Counted from the stretch's first letter, positions 31,201 to 43,390 are shown. The stretch is 64,000 bases of DNA from an uncultured delta proteobacterium (GCA_963711835.1 CAVQFQ010000011.1:1-64000), one strand, 5' to 3'. A program made the numbers and translations. Notes: a model not told the origin generated them from the sequence alone.

Positions 31201-34200
31201 ATGAAATGCCCCCAATGCGGATTTGATAATCCGGAAGGAATTAAATTCTGCGGGGAATGCGGCGCCCGATTGGAAAAACTTTGCCCCCAGTGCCGCGCCG
31301 CCAACCCGCCTCAATTCAAATTCTGTGGGGAGTGCGGGCAGGCCTTGTCGGAACCTTCGGAAATGCCTCCCCCAAAATCCTTCCCGGAAAAGCGACCGGT
31401 CCCATCCCTGCTCTCGAAGGAATTGACCGAGAAGATCCTGGCCCAGAAGGGCCGGATCGAAGGGGAGCGCCGGCAGGTGACGGTCATGTTCTGCGACCTG
31501 GAGGGCTCCACGGCCCTGACCGAGAAACTCGGGGATGAAAAGGCCTTTGCCCTCATCGATGAGGTCTTCGGTATCCTGACGCAGCAGGTCCACAGGTATG
31601 AGGGGACGGTCCAGGAGTTCCGGGGGGACGGCATCATGGCCCTGTTCGGCGCCCCGGTCGCTTTGGAAAACGCCGCCCAGCGGGCCGTCAATGCGGCCCT
31701 GGCCATCCAGCAGGAAGTGACCAAATTCAGCCACCGGATCCAGGAAGAGGCCAGAGGGCCGGCCATCCGGATGCGGATCGGGATCCACACCGGTCCGGTC
31801 GTCCTGGGCACTATCGGCAGCGACCTGCGCCTGGAGTTCCAGGTCATCGGGGATACGGTCAACCTGGCGGCCCGGGTGGAAAGCCTGGCCGAACCGGGGA
31901 CCACCTATGTGACGGAAGAAACCTTCAAACTGACCGAAGGGTTTTTCCGGTTTGAGAGCCTGGGGGAAAAACCGGTCAAGGGCAAGGAAACGCCGGTTAA
32001 GGTCTATCGGGTGATCGCCCCCAGCAGCCAGAGGACCCGCTTCGATGTCAGCGCCGAGCAGGGCCTGACGCCTTTCGTGGGCCGGCAGCGGGAACTGGAG
32101 CTCCTGCTCGACGGCTTTGAACGGGCCAAGGCCGGAAAGGGCCAGGCCTTTTCCATTATCTCCGAGGCCGGGTTGGGTAAATCCCGGTTGCTCTACGAAT
32201 TCCGGAAGGCAGTAAGCAACGAGGAGATCACCTTTCTGGAAGGACGGTGCATCTCCTATGGCCGGGGACTGGCCTACCATCCCTTCATCGCTATCCTTCG
32301 ATCGAACTTCAATATCCAGGAAGGGGAGGATGATATCCGGGTCAGGCGAAAGGTTCAGAAAGGGCCTGGACCTCATCGGGGCTGGATGAGGAGCGCCACC
32401 CTCCCCTATCCTGCTGGAGTTTCTCTCGGTCAAAGACAGCGGCCTGGATCAGCTCTCCGATGAGCCCGGAAGCCAAAAGGGACGAGATGCATCGAGGCCC
32501 TAAAGCGGATCATCCTGAAAGGTTCGGAGATGCGGCCGCTGGTCATCGCCATCGAGGACCTCCACTGGATGGATAAAAGCTCCGAAGAGGCCCTGAAAAC
32601 TATTCTGGAAAGCATACCGGGCTCAAGGGTCCTGACCATCTTCACCTACCGGCCGGAATTTATCCCCTCCTGGGGCGGCAAGTCCTTCCACAGCCAACTG
32701 ATGCTGCAACGGCTTTCCAACCGGGAGAGCCTGGAGATGGCCTCTTACCTGTTGGGCGCCAGGGAAATGGAAAAGTCCCTGGAGGAACTGCTCCTGGAAA
32801 AGACCGAAGGGATCCCCTTCTTTCTGGAGGAATTTGTCAAATCCCTGAAGGATTTGAAACTGATCGAAAATAGAGGAGCTGTTTACGGTCTTTCCAAAAG
32901 CATTCTGGAGATGACCGTACCGACAACCATCCAGGAGGTGATCCTGGCCCGGGTGGACCCGCTGCCTCCCGGGGCAAAGGAAGTGCTTCAGACCGGCTCG
33001 GTGATTGAGCGGGAGTTCGACTTCCAACTTAATCAAACAAGTTATGGGATTCCCGGAACCGGAGTTGCTTTCTTACCTTTCCCTTTTAAAGGACTCAGAG
33101 CTTTTATATGAACGGGGGGTTTACCCGCAATCAAACTATATTTTCAAACATGCCCTGACCCGGGAGGTGGTTTATGACTCCATCCTGACCGACAGGAAGA
33201 AGATGCTCCATGAGAAGATCGGCGAGGCACTTGAAACTCTCTATAAGGATCAATTGGGGGAATACTGCGGGCTCCTGTCCGAACATTTCATTAAAAGCGG
33301 AAATTACCAAAAAGGGTCTGAATATTCCAAGTTGGCAGGCCAGAGGGCAGAAAAAACCGGATCGATAAATGATGCTATCGGCTTTGCCCTAAAAAGACTG
33401 ACCTGTCTTGAGAATTTACCCAGGTCGGTGGACATTGAGGAGAAAATAATTGATCTCAGAACAATAATTGGGGTCTTCATGATTGAGATGAATTACTTTA
33501 AAAGAGCTCAAGAAATCATCGCACCGATACGTGAGTCGGCTCTCAAAGGTAAGGCGAAGAAAATTACTCAACTACTTACGATCATTGGGACATTGGAGTT
33601 TGCATTAGAAGAAGATTTGACATCAGCCTTCAGCCATTTGGAAGAGGCATTAATGATCTCCCAAAAAGTTAAAGACCCGAGGATCTTTGGCCATGGTCAG
33701 TTATTGGCTTGGATGTACCCAAGCATTTAATTGCGAGTTTGAAAAAGCGCGCATCAATATGGAGAGGTCGGAAGGAATCCAACGGAAGTCCAAAATACCC
33801 TGGCGAGAGGCAACGCTTAAGAGCCTCTTGAGTCATTTTGTCTACTATTATCAGGGGAAGATTGACCTGGCCATTAAGACCAGTAGCGAGGCAGTCAGGA
33901 TCGCCGAAGAGAGCGGAGACATTTATTCAAAGACCTTTGCCTATTCCTGTCATGGGATTTCTTGTTTTGGTATAGGCTCGTTTCAAGAGGCAATTGATTT
34001 CCTTCTTCAGGGTAGAGACTTCAGCGAGAAACTCGATCAATATTGGTGGCACCCCTGGTCCAATCATTTTCTTGGGGAGGTCTTTTATGAAATACAGCGA
34101 TACCCCGAGGCAATTGAAAGTTATAGTAAGGCCGCTTCTCTTTTTGAACTCTATGGCAATTGGCCTTCAAGTGCCATTGTCAGCAAGATTGGGTTAGACC

Positions 34201-34569
34201 GGGCAAAAACAAAACACAAGGGGGAACAAATCAATTTAGAAAGCCTCTACAGCACGGTATCCAAAGCGAAGCAGAAAGCTTATGAAGGATGGATTCAGCG
34301 CTATGTCTCTGAGATCCTATTGAATATGCCTGGAGACCGCATAACAGATGCGGAGCACTGGATTCAGAAGGCTATTGAGGCCGATCAAAGAAACGGAATG
34401 AACTGGCATTTAGCTAGATGATTATCTCTCCTATGCCGACCTCCTGACAAAAAAAGGCGACCGGCTGACGGCCAAAGAAAATTTGGGTAAGGCCATAGAA
34501 ACCTTTAAGGAGTGCGGCGCCGACGGCTGGGTGGAAAAGGCGGAAAGGAAACTGGCTAAAATCCAATAA
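31201..34569 (+). CDS. Double zinc ribbon-adenylate/guanylate cyclase-AAA ATPase-TPR signalling protein (several frameshifts)
   Basis: CPQC..FCGECG twice, TVMFCDLEGST, GDGIMALFGAP, GDTVNLAAR, EAGLGKSRL, EDLHWMD, FKHALTREV, TPR-like tail ending CGADGWVEK. Confidence 0.88.
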
Positions 34570-34577
34570 TCATTTCT

Positions 34578-34608
34578 GCCAAATTTAAACTTGAAGTTTA
34601 AATTTGGC
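34578..34608. promoter_or_regulatory. Perfect 15-bp inverted repeat (operator-like) before the AAA/DUF4143 gene
   Basis: GCCAAATTTAAACTT-G-AAGTTTAAATTTGGC. Confidence 0.6.
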
Positions 34609-34628
34609 TATGATAATAACTTCAATAT

Positions 34629-35868
34629 ATGATCCCCAGAACTCTGGAAAAAACCATACGGTCGGCCATGAAGACCTTCCCAGCGGTCCTGGTAACGGGT
34701 CCCCGTCAGTCCGGGAAAACCACCTTGCTAAAGGAAAGGTTCGGCCGGTCGCACCTTTTTATTTCTCTTGAAGACCCCGACCTTCGCCGATTGATCGAAG
34801 AGGACCCCCGTGGATTTTTAAGAGATAATCCTCCACCGGTCATTCTGGATGAGATTCAGTACATTCCCCAATTGCTGCATTATATTAAGTCTGCTATTGA
34901 TCTGAATCGCCGCCCCGGACATTGGCTCCTTTCCGGTTCCCAGAGTTTTCCTTTGATGCAGGGAGTGAGCCAGTCTCTCTCCGGGCGGGTGGCGGTTTTG
35001 TCATTATTACCACTTTCTTTGGGCGAAAGTCGGGAATTGGGGGGAAATCCAGCCGATTTGGAATCCATCCTTGAAGGGCTGTTTTCCAAAATCAACCAGA
35101 AGGGCACGAACGAAACCGCATCCGCCGCCTACCCCCCTGGAAAACTGGATTCTTCGGGGTGGGTATCCGGAAATTCGTTTGGATCCGGAAGTCGACCGAC
35201 AAATCTGGATGGCCGGTTATATCCAGACCTATCTGGAAAGAGATGTCCGCCAAATGGTGAATATCGGCGACCTGAATACTTTCCATCGCTTTTTACGGCT
35301 GATGGCTGCCCGGACCGGCCAGATCTTGAATATGTCCGATCTGGCCCGGGACGTGGGCATGAGCGTTCCTACCATTAAAAAATGGATAAGCATCCTGGAA
35401 GCCAGTTATCAAATATTCCTCCTGCACCCCCACTTCAACAACCTGGGCAAAAGGGTGATCAAAAGTCCCAAAGTTTATTTTTTGGATACCGGGATTGCCA
35501 GCTATTTGATGGGACTCCATTCAGAGGAACCGTTAAAGAGGGGACCGATGATGGGGCCTCTCTTCGAGACGTTGGTGGTTTCGGAGTGGGTCAAGGCCTT
35601 TTGCCATCGGGGCGAGCACCCTGAACTTTATTATTGGCGGTCAAAGACCGGGTTGGAGGTGGATCTGCTTATTGATCGCAACGGCCGCTTGTACCCCCTG
35701 GAGATCAAGGCTACCGCAACGCTGCTTCCCGGTCATGCCGAATCGCTGCTGAAATGGAAGGAATTGGCCACTGGATCCGCCGACGGCGGTGTCATTGTTG
35801 CCAATATTGAACAACCCTTTGCCTTTAAGGGCCTGAAGGCAATTTCCTGGCGGAACGTATTGGATTAA
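34629..35868 (+). CDS. AAA_14 + DUF4143 ATP-binding protein (frameshift near 35110)
   Basis: TGPRQSGKTT, LDEIQY, LSGS, GGYPE, TYLERDV, KSPKVYF.DTG, FET.V, EVDL..EIK. Confidence 0.9.
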
Positions 35869-36057
35869 ATTCGGCTTCCTTGATCTCGGGATTCTCCATC
35901 GGGCCAAACCCCGATGGGACATGGAGCAACTGGAACGGGTGCGGGCGGGCCAGCAAATATAAAAGGCGACCTGCCGACTCATTTACCGAAGGATTGCCAT
36001 CTCCGAATACGTTAAGTAAAATTACTCAACGTATTGAGATAATTGTAGGGAGATGAA

Positions 36058-36353
36058 ATGTTCCTTAGACCGGTTTATCAGATTATTTCTGCCCGATTAA
36101 AAGAGCCTCGGAGGTTTCTGCAGGTCCTATCAGGCCCGCGACAGACCGGGAAGACCACGCTTATTCGCCAGGACATGGAGTCGCTCACTATTCCAAGCCA
36201 TTATACCTCCGCCGATGAGCCGACATTGCAGTATCGGGCCTGGATTGACCAACAGGCAGGATATTCAAACCGAAACGTAAGCTGTTGGTCGGAGGAGACG
36301 GCATTTTTCTTGAGAAGTTTCTCTCGCATCCAGGGGAAGAATGGTTTGATTAG
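36058..36353 (+). pseudogene. Internally deleted AAA_14/DUF4143 homologue
   Basis: N-terminus with GPRQTGKTT..SADEP joined to a C-terminal-like remnant (LVGGDGIFLEKFLSHPGEEWFD) in another frame; middle missing. Confidence 0.6.
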
Positions 36354-36453
36354 CCGGCGGGAAAAAGAGATAAAGACCGCCACCCTGTCCTGTTTTTGTT
36401 TGTAGCAAAAAAATATTTTTTTAATTTTGCAGGTTTGAAGAGGAAGACCTTCT

Positions 36454-37941
36454 ATGACTGATGAACTGATTGGCTATGATGCTATCGAGCTGGGAAATCT
36501 AATACGAAAAGTCGAGATTACTCCCCTGGAGCTTCTGGAGATCACCATCGAGCGGATCGAGCGGGTGAATCCCAGGCTCAATGCCGTGATCCACAAACTC
36601 TACGACCAGGCCCGCGCAGAGGCAAAGCAGTGGTCGGAAAAGATTAAAAACAAAAAAACGAACCGAGCTGTCTTCGCCGGTGTCCCCTTCCTGTTGAAGA
36701 ACCTTCTGGCCGAATATGAAGGGACGCCTTTTGACGAGGGATCCCGCGCGGTCAGAGGCTATGTTTCCAAACTGGATACCGAGCTGGTCAGACGCCAGCG
36801 GGCCGGGGGACTGATCATCCTCGGCAAGACGAACACCCCGGAGTTCGGGCTCCTGCCCACCACCGAGCCGATCCTTTATGGGCCCACACGCAACCCCTGG
36901 AATCCGGCCTTAACCCCGGGGGGTTCCAGCGGCGGGTCGGCCGCGGCCGTGGCGGCCGGGATCGTACCCATGGCCCATGGAAACGATGGCGGGGGATCCA
37001 TCCGGATCCCGGCTTCCTGCTGCGGGCTCTTCGGTCTGAAGCCCACCAGAGGACGGAATCCCTTGGGACCTCTCTTCGGTGACCTGGGGAGTGGACTCAC
37101 CCATGAACATGGGCTAACCCGGACAGTGAGAGATTCGGCCGCCCTTCTGGATTTGACCTCCGGACCGGACCTGGGGGATGCCTTTGCCTCTCCGGCGAAG
37201 GAGCGCCCTTTCCTTGAGGAGGTCGGGCGCGATCCGGGAAGCCTGAAGATCGGGTTTCTGGCCTCTGTCCCGGAAGGATGGGATCTTGAAGCCCATCTCC
37301 ACTCGGACTGCCTGGAGGCGGTAACGGATGCCGCCCGGCTTTGCGAAAACCTGGGGCATAGAGTTGAAGAAGTCCGTGCAGACCTGTTCGCTTATTCGAA
37401 TATCGCCGTAACCTTCGGCAGCGTTTTCTCCTGCCTGGCCGGGTATTTTGTGACCGATTGGGAAAAAAAACTGGGCAGGAAGATCACCCAGGAAGAGCTG
37501 GAGCCTGTCACCTGGGCGGTTTATCAGGCCGGCCTGAAACGCACCGGCGCCGATTATTTGGTTGCCTTGGAAGGAATCCAACGCTTCTCGCGAAAGATCG
37601 CCCGGTGGTATCACGACGGCGGATATGATCTACTCCTTTCCCCGACCATGAGGATACCGCCTACCCAGATTGGGGCCTTTCATTGGAATCCGGAAGATCG
37701 GAGAAAATGGCTTGAAGTAACCAATGCCTTCGTGGCCTTCACCCGGGTTCAGAACATGACCGGCCAGCCGGCCATGTCAGTGCCCCTCTTCTGGAATAAA
37801 GAGAATGTGCCTATCGGTGTTCAATTTGCCGGCCGCTTCGGCGACGAAGCCACTCTCTTCCGGCTGGCAGGCCAGTTGGAGCAGGCCAGACCCTGGTCCC
37901 GGAGAACACCGCCAATACATTGCAGCATGACAAAAGATTGA
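36454..37941 (+). CDS. Amidase signature family protein
   Basis: [40 protein letters not shown]. Confidence 0.93.
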   Translation: MTDELIGYDAIELGNLIRKVEITPLELLEITIERIERVNPRLNAVIHKLYDQARAEAKQWSEKIKNKKTNRAVFAGVPFLLKNLLAEYEGTPFDEGSRAVRGYVSKLDTELVRRQRAGGLIILGKTNTPEFGLLPTTEPILYGPTRNPWNPALTPGGSSGGSAAAVAAGIVPMAHGNDGGGSIRIPASCCGLFGLKPTRGRNPLGPLFGDLGSGLTHEHGLTRTVRDSAALLDLTSGPDLGDAFASPAKERPFLEEVGRDPGSLKIGFLASVPEGWDLEAHLHSDCLEAVTDAARLCENLGHRVEEVRADLFAYSNIAVTFGSVFSCLAGYFVTDWEKKLGRKITQEELEPVTWAVYQAGLKRTGADYLVALEGIQRFSRKIARWYHDGGYDLLLSPTMRIPPTQIGAFHWNPEDRRKWLEVTNAFVAFTRVQNMTGQPAMSVPLFWNKENVPIGVQFAGRFGDEATLFRLAGQLEQARPWSRRTPPIHCSMTKD

Positions 37942-38256
37942 GAAAGGAGAATCCGCCTTGCGTGATTCTCCTTAGGACCTCAGGCCTACGGCCATCATAC
38001 GCTTTAGGATGGATCTACTGAGACGAATTTATTCGAGGGTCTCGCACCGAGTAGTTCCCGATTTTGACTTCTTTGGGTAAGTTTGTTACTATTTTAACTT
38101 CTTGTTTAACAAAGATTTTTCACCAAGGAGGCACAGAGAACTCAGAAAATAAAATTTTAAGTTGGCGGGGAGGTACCCGCCAATTTAAATGCATTCCGCC
38201 TTAAGGGATGGGGGGATTTCAATCTTTGGGAAGTCATCGTAACTGGAGGATCATTT

Positions 38257-40011
38257 ATGGAGCCGGTAGAACAAGAGATAGGATTTAAGATAGGGTTTTG
38301 TGTTACCTCCGACAAGGTCCGCATCGCCTACAGCACGGCAGGCCAGGGACCTTCTCTTGTCATCCCTCCGGGATGGGTCAGTCATTTACAACTATCCTGG
38401 GATCATCCGGCAGCCAGGGATTATTTAGAGAAAGGAACAAAGAACCATACCTTTGTGACCTATGACAAACAGGGCTGCGGCCTCTCTGAACGAAGCCGGA
38501 CCGACTTTTCCCTCGAGTCTGAAATCCGGCCCCTGGAAACGGTGGTGGATCACCTCAAACTAAAACGCTTCGCCCTGTTCGGCTATTCTCAGTCCGGTCC
38601 TGTTGCCATAGCCTATTCCGTCAAGCACCCCAAGCGGGTTTCGCATCTCATTTTATTTGATACCTACGCCTGTGGCAGCGCCTTGGCCCCCGATGAATTT
38701 AGGTCCTCCTTTGTCGCGCTGGTCAAGGCGGCCTGGGGAATCGGTTCCAAGACTATGGCCGACATGTTTTTGCCCGGAGGTAGTGCTTCTGAGATTGAAT
38801 GGTTTGTTCGGTTGCAAAGAGAGTCGACTACCGCCGATATGGCATCAAAATTATTGGGTTCGGTTTTTTCATTTGATGTCACTGACCTCCTACCCAAAAT
38901 AAAAGTACCCACTTTAGTGATTCACCGTCGTGGAGATAAGGCTATGCGGTTTCATTGCGGCCGGGACATGGCGGCCATGATCCCCAAGGCCCGGTTTGTT
39001 CCCCTGGAGGGAAACATGCATATCCCTTTTTTTGGAGATGCCACTGCCGTACTTAGGGCCACCGCTGAGTTCCTTGGCGATCCGGCTCAAATCGCTCCAG
39101 CAAAAAAAACCGAAATGACTTCGGTGATGGAAGACCCAGCGGCCTTAAAAGCCCAGGTCCTCCTCAATGGCCTGGATAAGGTGGCCTTGTCGCAATATTG
39201 CATCATCGGAGGATACAACAGATATGAGGAGGACGTCCGAAACACCTTAAAAGATATTAAGCAAAAAATCATATCCGGCTTTGGCCACTCTACCCTAAAA
39301 CGGGAAAACCACCTGATCTGGGCTCCGCCCGGGACCGGGAAGACCTACTTCGTTCAACAGGTGGCGGCTTCCATATCTCCATCGGTTCAATACCAGGAAA
39401 TCAATCTGGCAAAAATGGATGAACCCGAATTTCGATCGAGACTTTCCGAAATACTCAATTCGGAACAGCCCTGCCTTTCCTTGATCGATGAGGCGGATGC
39501 CAAACCAAAGGAACCCTGGCCCTATGAGCTTCTCCTGCCCTATCTGGATACAGCCGTTAAAAAAGCCGGCAAGTTCGTGTTTGTCCTGGCAGGAAGCTCA
39601 GGTTCAAATCTACCCGAGATGAAGGAGCGGATCGCATCCCGCCCCAAGGGATCGGACCTGATGTCCCGCATTCCATCTGAAAATGAGCATACCATTGGCA
39701 CCATGAGCCTTGGGGACCGCCTTCTGGTTGCCCTGGTCCAATTCAGGCAGGCCGGGGTGGAGGTAGGCAGGAAAGTGCGCGAAGTTGAGAAACTGGGACT
39801 CTTTTATATCGCCCTCAGCCCGCATTTGTTAAATGCCCGCCAGTTGCGCGAGTTTGCCGTCCGGGGTGTCGAGCGCATGCCGGCAGGTGATGACCGGATT
39901 AAATACGACCATCTCTTCAGCCCCGGGGATCCCGAAAACAAGGCTTTCTGGATGAAGGTTCTCCCCAGTGCTAAGAATTTTGAGAGAAAATTTATTCTAA
40001 TTGAGGATTAA
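38257..40011 (+). CDS. Alpha/beta hydrolase fused to a C-terminal P-loop AAA+-like ATPase
   Basis: GWVSHL, YDKQGCGLS, GYSQSG, HRRGD, GNMH; then WAPPGTGKT, LSLIDEAD, VFVLAGS, KGSDLMSRI in one uninterrupted ORF. Confidence 0.8.
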   Translation: MEPVEQEIGFKIGFCVTSDKVRIAYSTAGQGPSLVIPPGWVSHLQLSWDHPAARDYLEKGTKNHTFVTYDKQGCGLSERSRTDFSLESEIRPLETVVDHLKLKRFALFGYSQSGPVAIAYSVKHPKRVSHLILFDTYACGSALAPDEFRSSFVALVKAAWGIGSKTMADMFLPGGSASEIEWFVRLQRESTTADMASKLLGSVFSFDVTDLLPKIKVPTLVIHRRGDKAMRFHCGRDMAAMIPKARFVPLEGNMHIPFFGDATAVLRATAEFLGDPAQIAPAKKTEMTSVMEDPAALKAQVLLNGLDKVALSQYCIIGGYNRYEEDVRNTLKDIKQKIISGFGHSTLKRENHLIWAPPGTGKTYFVQQVAASISPSVQYQEINLAKMDEPEFRSRLSEILNSEQPCLSLIDEADAKPKEPWPYELLLPYLDTAVKKAGKFVFVLAGSSGSNLPEMKERIASRPKGSDLMSRIPSENEHTIGTMSLGDRLLVALVQFRQAGVEVGRKVREVEKLGLFYIALSPHLLNARQLREFAVRGVERMPAGDDRIKYDHLFSPGDPENKAFWMKVLPSAKNFERKFILIED

Positions 40012-40031
40012 TTCTCCTTGGATATTACGAT

Positions 40032-40802
40032 ATGAAAGAGCTATTTAAAGCGGGTCTGGCTTTTAAGGCCAACAATTGGCCGCTGGATTCCCGAAAACCA
40101 ACGCTGTTCTTTATCCATGCCTCTGGATTCTCGAGCATTATATGGGATAACCAATTAAAGGGCCTTGGCGATCGGACAAATACAATTGCCCTGGACCTTC
40201 CCGGGCACGGGCGGAGCCTTGGTGTGGGGTACCAAACCATACCGGAATATACCCATGCGGTCATGGATTTTATTAGCCGCTTGAATCCTCCACGACCCAT
40301 TCCAGCCGGCTTGAGCATGGGCGGGGCCATCACCCTGCAATTGCTTCTGGATTATCCCAAAAACTTTTTAGCCGGCATCCTCCTCTGTACCGGTGCCAAG
40401 ATGAAGGTTACTCCGGTAATCTTTGAGCCCATAGAAAAAAATTACCCCGCTTTCGTTGAATCATTTAAACAGTTCGCCATATCCCCAAAAACCGACCCGG
40501 CCATTATCCAACCCATACTGGATGACAACCTGAAATGCCTACCATCCGTGGTTTACGGCGATTATCAGGCCTGCGACCGGTTCGATGTTCGGGAACGGCT
40601 ACCTGAAATCAGAGCCAGGGTCCTGGTGGTTACCGGTGAGGATGACCTGCTCACGCCGCCTAAGTTCGGAGAGTTCCTGGCCGACAAAATCAAAGGGGCC
40701 CAACGAGTCCACATCCTGGCTGCCGGCCACCTGCTGCCGGTGGAAAAACCGGCTGAACTCAACCGAGCCATCATTGAATTTTTGGATCAAACTGGTCTTT
40801 AG
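40032..40802 (+). CDS. Alpha/beta hydrolase
   Basis: DLPGHGRS, GLSMGG, GEDDLLTPP, AGHLLPVE. Confidence 0.9.
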   Translation: MKELFKAGLAFKANNWPLDSRKPTLFFIHASGFSSIIWDNQLKGLGDRTNTIALDLPGHGRSLGVGYQTIPEYTHAVMDFISRLNPPRPIPAGLSMGGAITLQLLLDYPKNFLAGILLCTGAKMKVTPVIFEPIEKNYPAFVESFKQFAISPKTDPAIIQPILDDNLKCLPSVVYGDYQACDRFDVRERLPEIRARVLVVTGEDDLLTPPKFGEFLADKIKGAQRVHILAAGHLLPVEKPAELNRAIIEFLDQTGL

Positions 40803-40907
40803 TGCCTTTGGAATTTTTTTGTTTTATTTGGCAAAGAAAGTTTCTTGCATACCCGCAACTCCTTATCAGCTAAGGATTTGCGACAAATGAATGGCTGTTC
40901 AACTTTT

Positions 40908-41079
40908 TTTGCCACAGACAAAGGCGGATCCCGCCAGGCGGGACTGGCGCGAACAGAAAAGCTCGTTAGATGGATATTGCTTGTTGGCCCAAGTCTTTAG
41001 TGCCCGAAGGGCGGACGGTTAGGGTAGCGGCAGGTCGCCGTCCCGCTGCAAGCGGGATCCTGGAGTTGTCTGTGGCAAA
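40908..41079. repeat. MITE-like / highly structured element with 14-bp TIRs
   Basis: TTTGCCACAGACAA...TTGTCTGTGGCAAA perfect; inner GGATCCCGC...GCGGGATCC. Confidence 0.65.
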
Positions 41080-41168
41080 TATCTTTTCCGAATTTTTCGG
41101 GTTGGGAAACAAATGCTTTTTAAATCCCTCCCGGCAAAGTCGGGGACTTACCCGAAGGAGAATTACCA

Positions 41169-42596
41169 ATGGCTAAATTTAAAGAGTATGCCTCGTTCGA
41201 CGCCACAGGACTGGCTGAATTGGTCCGAAGGAAGGAAGTTACCCCTCTTGAACTGGTGGAGGCGGCCATAGAGCGTATCGAGCGCCTGAACCCTGCCCTC
41301 AACGCAGTCATTACGCCTATGTTTGACCAGGCCCTAGCCCTGGCCAAACAGGACCTGCCCCAGGGCCCTTTCTCCGGCGTCCCCTTTCTCATTAAGGATA
41401 TCGGGGCCATGGTTAAAGGCGTCAGGATGTGCCTGGGCACGGCTTTACTTAAGAATTTCGTACCGGACCATGACAATGAACTGGTTCTTCGCCTGAAGCG
41501 AGCCGGCCTGATCATGGTCGGGAAGACCAACCTGCCTGAATTAGGCATTCTTCCCACTACCGAACCTCGTCTATTCGGAGCCACCCGAAACCCCTGGAAC
41601 CCTGAGCGGTCGCCAGGAGGTTCGAGCGGCGGCTCGGCCGCGGCCGTGGCTGCCGGGATGGTGCCCATGGCCCATGCCAATGACGGCGGCGGTTCGATTC
41701 GCATCCCCGCCTCCTGTTGCGGGCTCTTCGGTCTAAAACCGACCCGGGCCCGAACTCCCCTGGGACCGGACTTTGGTGATTTGTTCAGCGGACTGATCTC
41801 CGAACATGCTGTGACCCGGTCGGTGCGTGACAGCGCTACCCTGCTGGATGCGACCTCCGGCCCGGATGTGGGCGATCCCTACTGGGCCCCTCCTCCGGCC
41901 CGTCCTTTCCTCCAGGAGGTCGGCGCCGACCCGGGGAAACTGCGCATTGCCTTTACCGCTTCCAATCTCTCCGGGGCGACCATCCATGCCGACTGCCTCC
42001 AGGCCGTACGCGATGCCGCCTCGCTTTGCGCTGCCTTGGGCCACGAGGTGGAGGAGGCGGATCCACCCCTTAACCGCGACCTGATCAGCCAGGCCTTCAT
42101 GGTCCTCTGGTCTTCCGGGTGTGCCTGGACTATCGACGGTATGGCCATGGTAACCGGCCAGGCCGCCACAGCAGATCATTTTGAACCCCTTACTTGGGCC
42201 CTCTATGAGATGGGGAAAAACCAAAGCGCCCCCACGTATTTGTTCTACCTGACTTTGCTCCAGAGGATCGCCCGCGAGATTGCCCGGTTCTTCCTCCGCT
42301 ATGACCTCTGGCTGGCGCCTACGGTCGCTGAACCGCCTCCCCTTTTGGGTAGCTTTGATCCCCCCCCTGACAACCCCCTTCAGGGATTGAAGCGGGCGGA
42401 GGACTTTGTTCCAATCACCCCCATCGCCAACTTTACCGGCCAACCCGCCATGTCCCTGCCCCTTTATTGGAATGCCGAAGGTCTCCCCATAGGCGTCCAT
42501 TTTATGGGTCGTTTCGGCGATGAAGCCACCCTCTTCCGTCTGGCAGCGCAATTAGAGCAAGCCCGTCCCTGGGCCCAGCGAAGGCCGGAGATATAG
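41169..42596 (+). CDS. Amidase signature family protein (paralogue of 36454..37941)
   Basis: [37 protein letters not shown]. Confidence 0.93.
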   Translation: MAKFKEYASFDATGLAELVRRKEVTPLELVEAAIERIERLNPALNAVITPMFDQALALAKQDLPQGPFSGVPFLIKDIGAMVKGVRMCLGTALLKNFVPDHDNELVLRLKRAGLIMVGKTNLPELGILPTTEPRLFGATRNPWNPERSPGGSSGGSAAAVAAGMVPMAHANDGGGSIRIPASCCGLFGLKPTRARTPLGPDFGDLFSGLISEHAVTRSVRDSATLLDATSGPDVGDPYWAPPPARPFLQEVGADPGKLRIAFTASNLSGATIHADCLQAVRDAASLCAALGHEVEEADPPLNRDLISQAFMVLWSSGCAWTIDGMAMVTGQAATADHFEPLTWALYEMGKNQSAPTYLFYLTLLQRIAREIARFFLRYDLWLAPTVAEPPPLLGSFDPPPDNPLQGLKRAEDFVPITPIANFTGQPAMSLPLYWNAEGLPIGVHFMGRFGDEATLFRLAAQLEQARPWAQRRPEI

Positions 42597-42676
42597 GGAT
42601 TTCCATGTGACTTTAAGAAAAATTGAGATGGAGCGGCTTGCTGTTCACCTTTAAACCCGCGAAAGGGAGGAAAATC

Positions 42677-43390
42677 ATGAGTACCTATGTGCTGGTTCAC
42701 GGCGCCTGGCATGGAGCCTGGTGCTGGAAAAAAATCATCCCCTTATTGGTAAAAGAGGGGCACAAGGTTGAGGCCCCGGATCTTCCCGGGCACGGAAACG
42801 ACAAAACTCCAATTTCCCAAGTCACCCTGGAGGCCTACACCAATCGAATTTGCCAGGTTCTGGACGCCCAGTCCGAACCGGTGATTCTGGTCGGCCACAG
42901 CATGGGTGGTATCGTTATCTCCCAGGCTGCCGAGTATCGGCCGGAAAAGGTCAAAAAACTGGTTTACCTTTCAGCCTTCCTGTTGAGAAATGGGGAGTTC
43001 CTTTTGCAGCTTGCTCAAACCGATCCCGAAAGCCTGATTCTACCCAATCTCATGATGGCTGAGGATCAAAGCCAGGCCACCGTAAAGGAGGAGTCCCTCA
43101 AGGAAGTCTTCTACGGCAGTTGTTCCGACGAAGACGTTGCCTATGCCAAAGCGCATCTCGTCCCTCAAGCGGCGCCTCCTTTCGCAACCCCCGTAAACAT
43201 AACCGATCAAAACTTCGGCCACATACCCAGGATTTATATTTCTTGTCGGCGGGACAGGGCCATCGGTCCTTCCCTGCAAGATAAGATGATTGCGGCCCTT
43301 CCCTGCGAAAAAGTGATAACCATGGATACGGATCATTCACCCTTCTTCTCGGCTGCGGTGGAATTGGCCGCACACTTGTTGTCAATATAA
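42677..43390 (+). CDS. Alpha/beta hydrolase (methylesterase-like)
   Basis: STYVLVHGAWHGAWCW, GHSMGG, DRAI, DHSPFFS. Confidence 0.9.
   Translation: MSTYVLVHGAWHGAWCWKKIIPLLVKEGHKVEAPDLPGHGNDKTPISQVTLEAYTNRICQVLDAQSEPVILVGHSMGGIVISQAAEYRPEKVKKLVYLSAFLLRNGEFLLQLAQTDPESLILPNLMMAEDQSQATVKEESLKEVFYGSCSDEDVAYAKAHLVPQAAPPFATPVNITDQNFGHIPRIYISCRRDRAIGPSLQDKMIAALPCEKVITMDTDHSPFFSAAVELAAHLLSI

Noticed and set aside
34419-34421. Sec or readthrough at the TGA ending ORF 33687..34421
   Set aside because: The protein continues in another frame, so this is an indel; no redox motif or SECIS.
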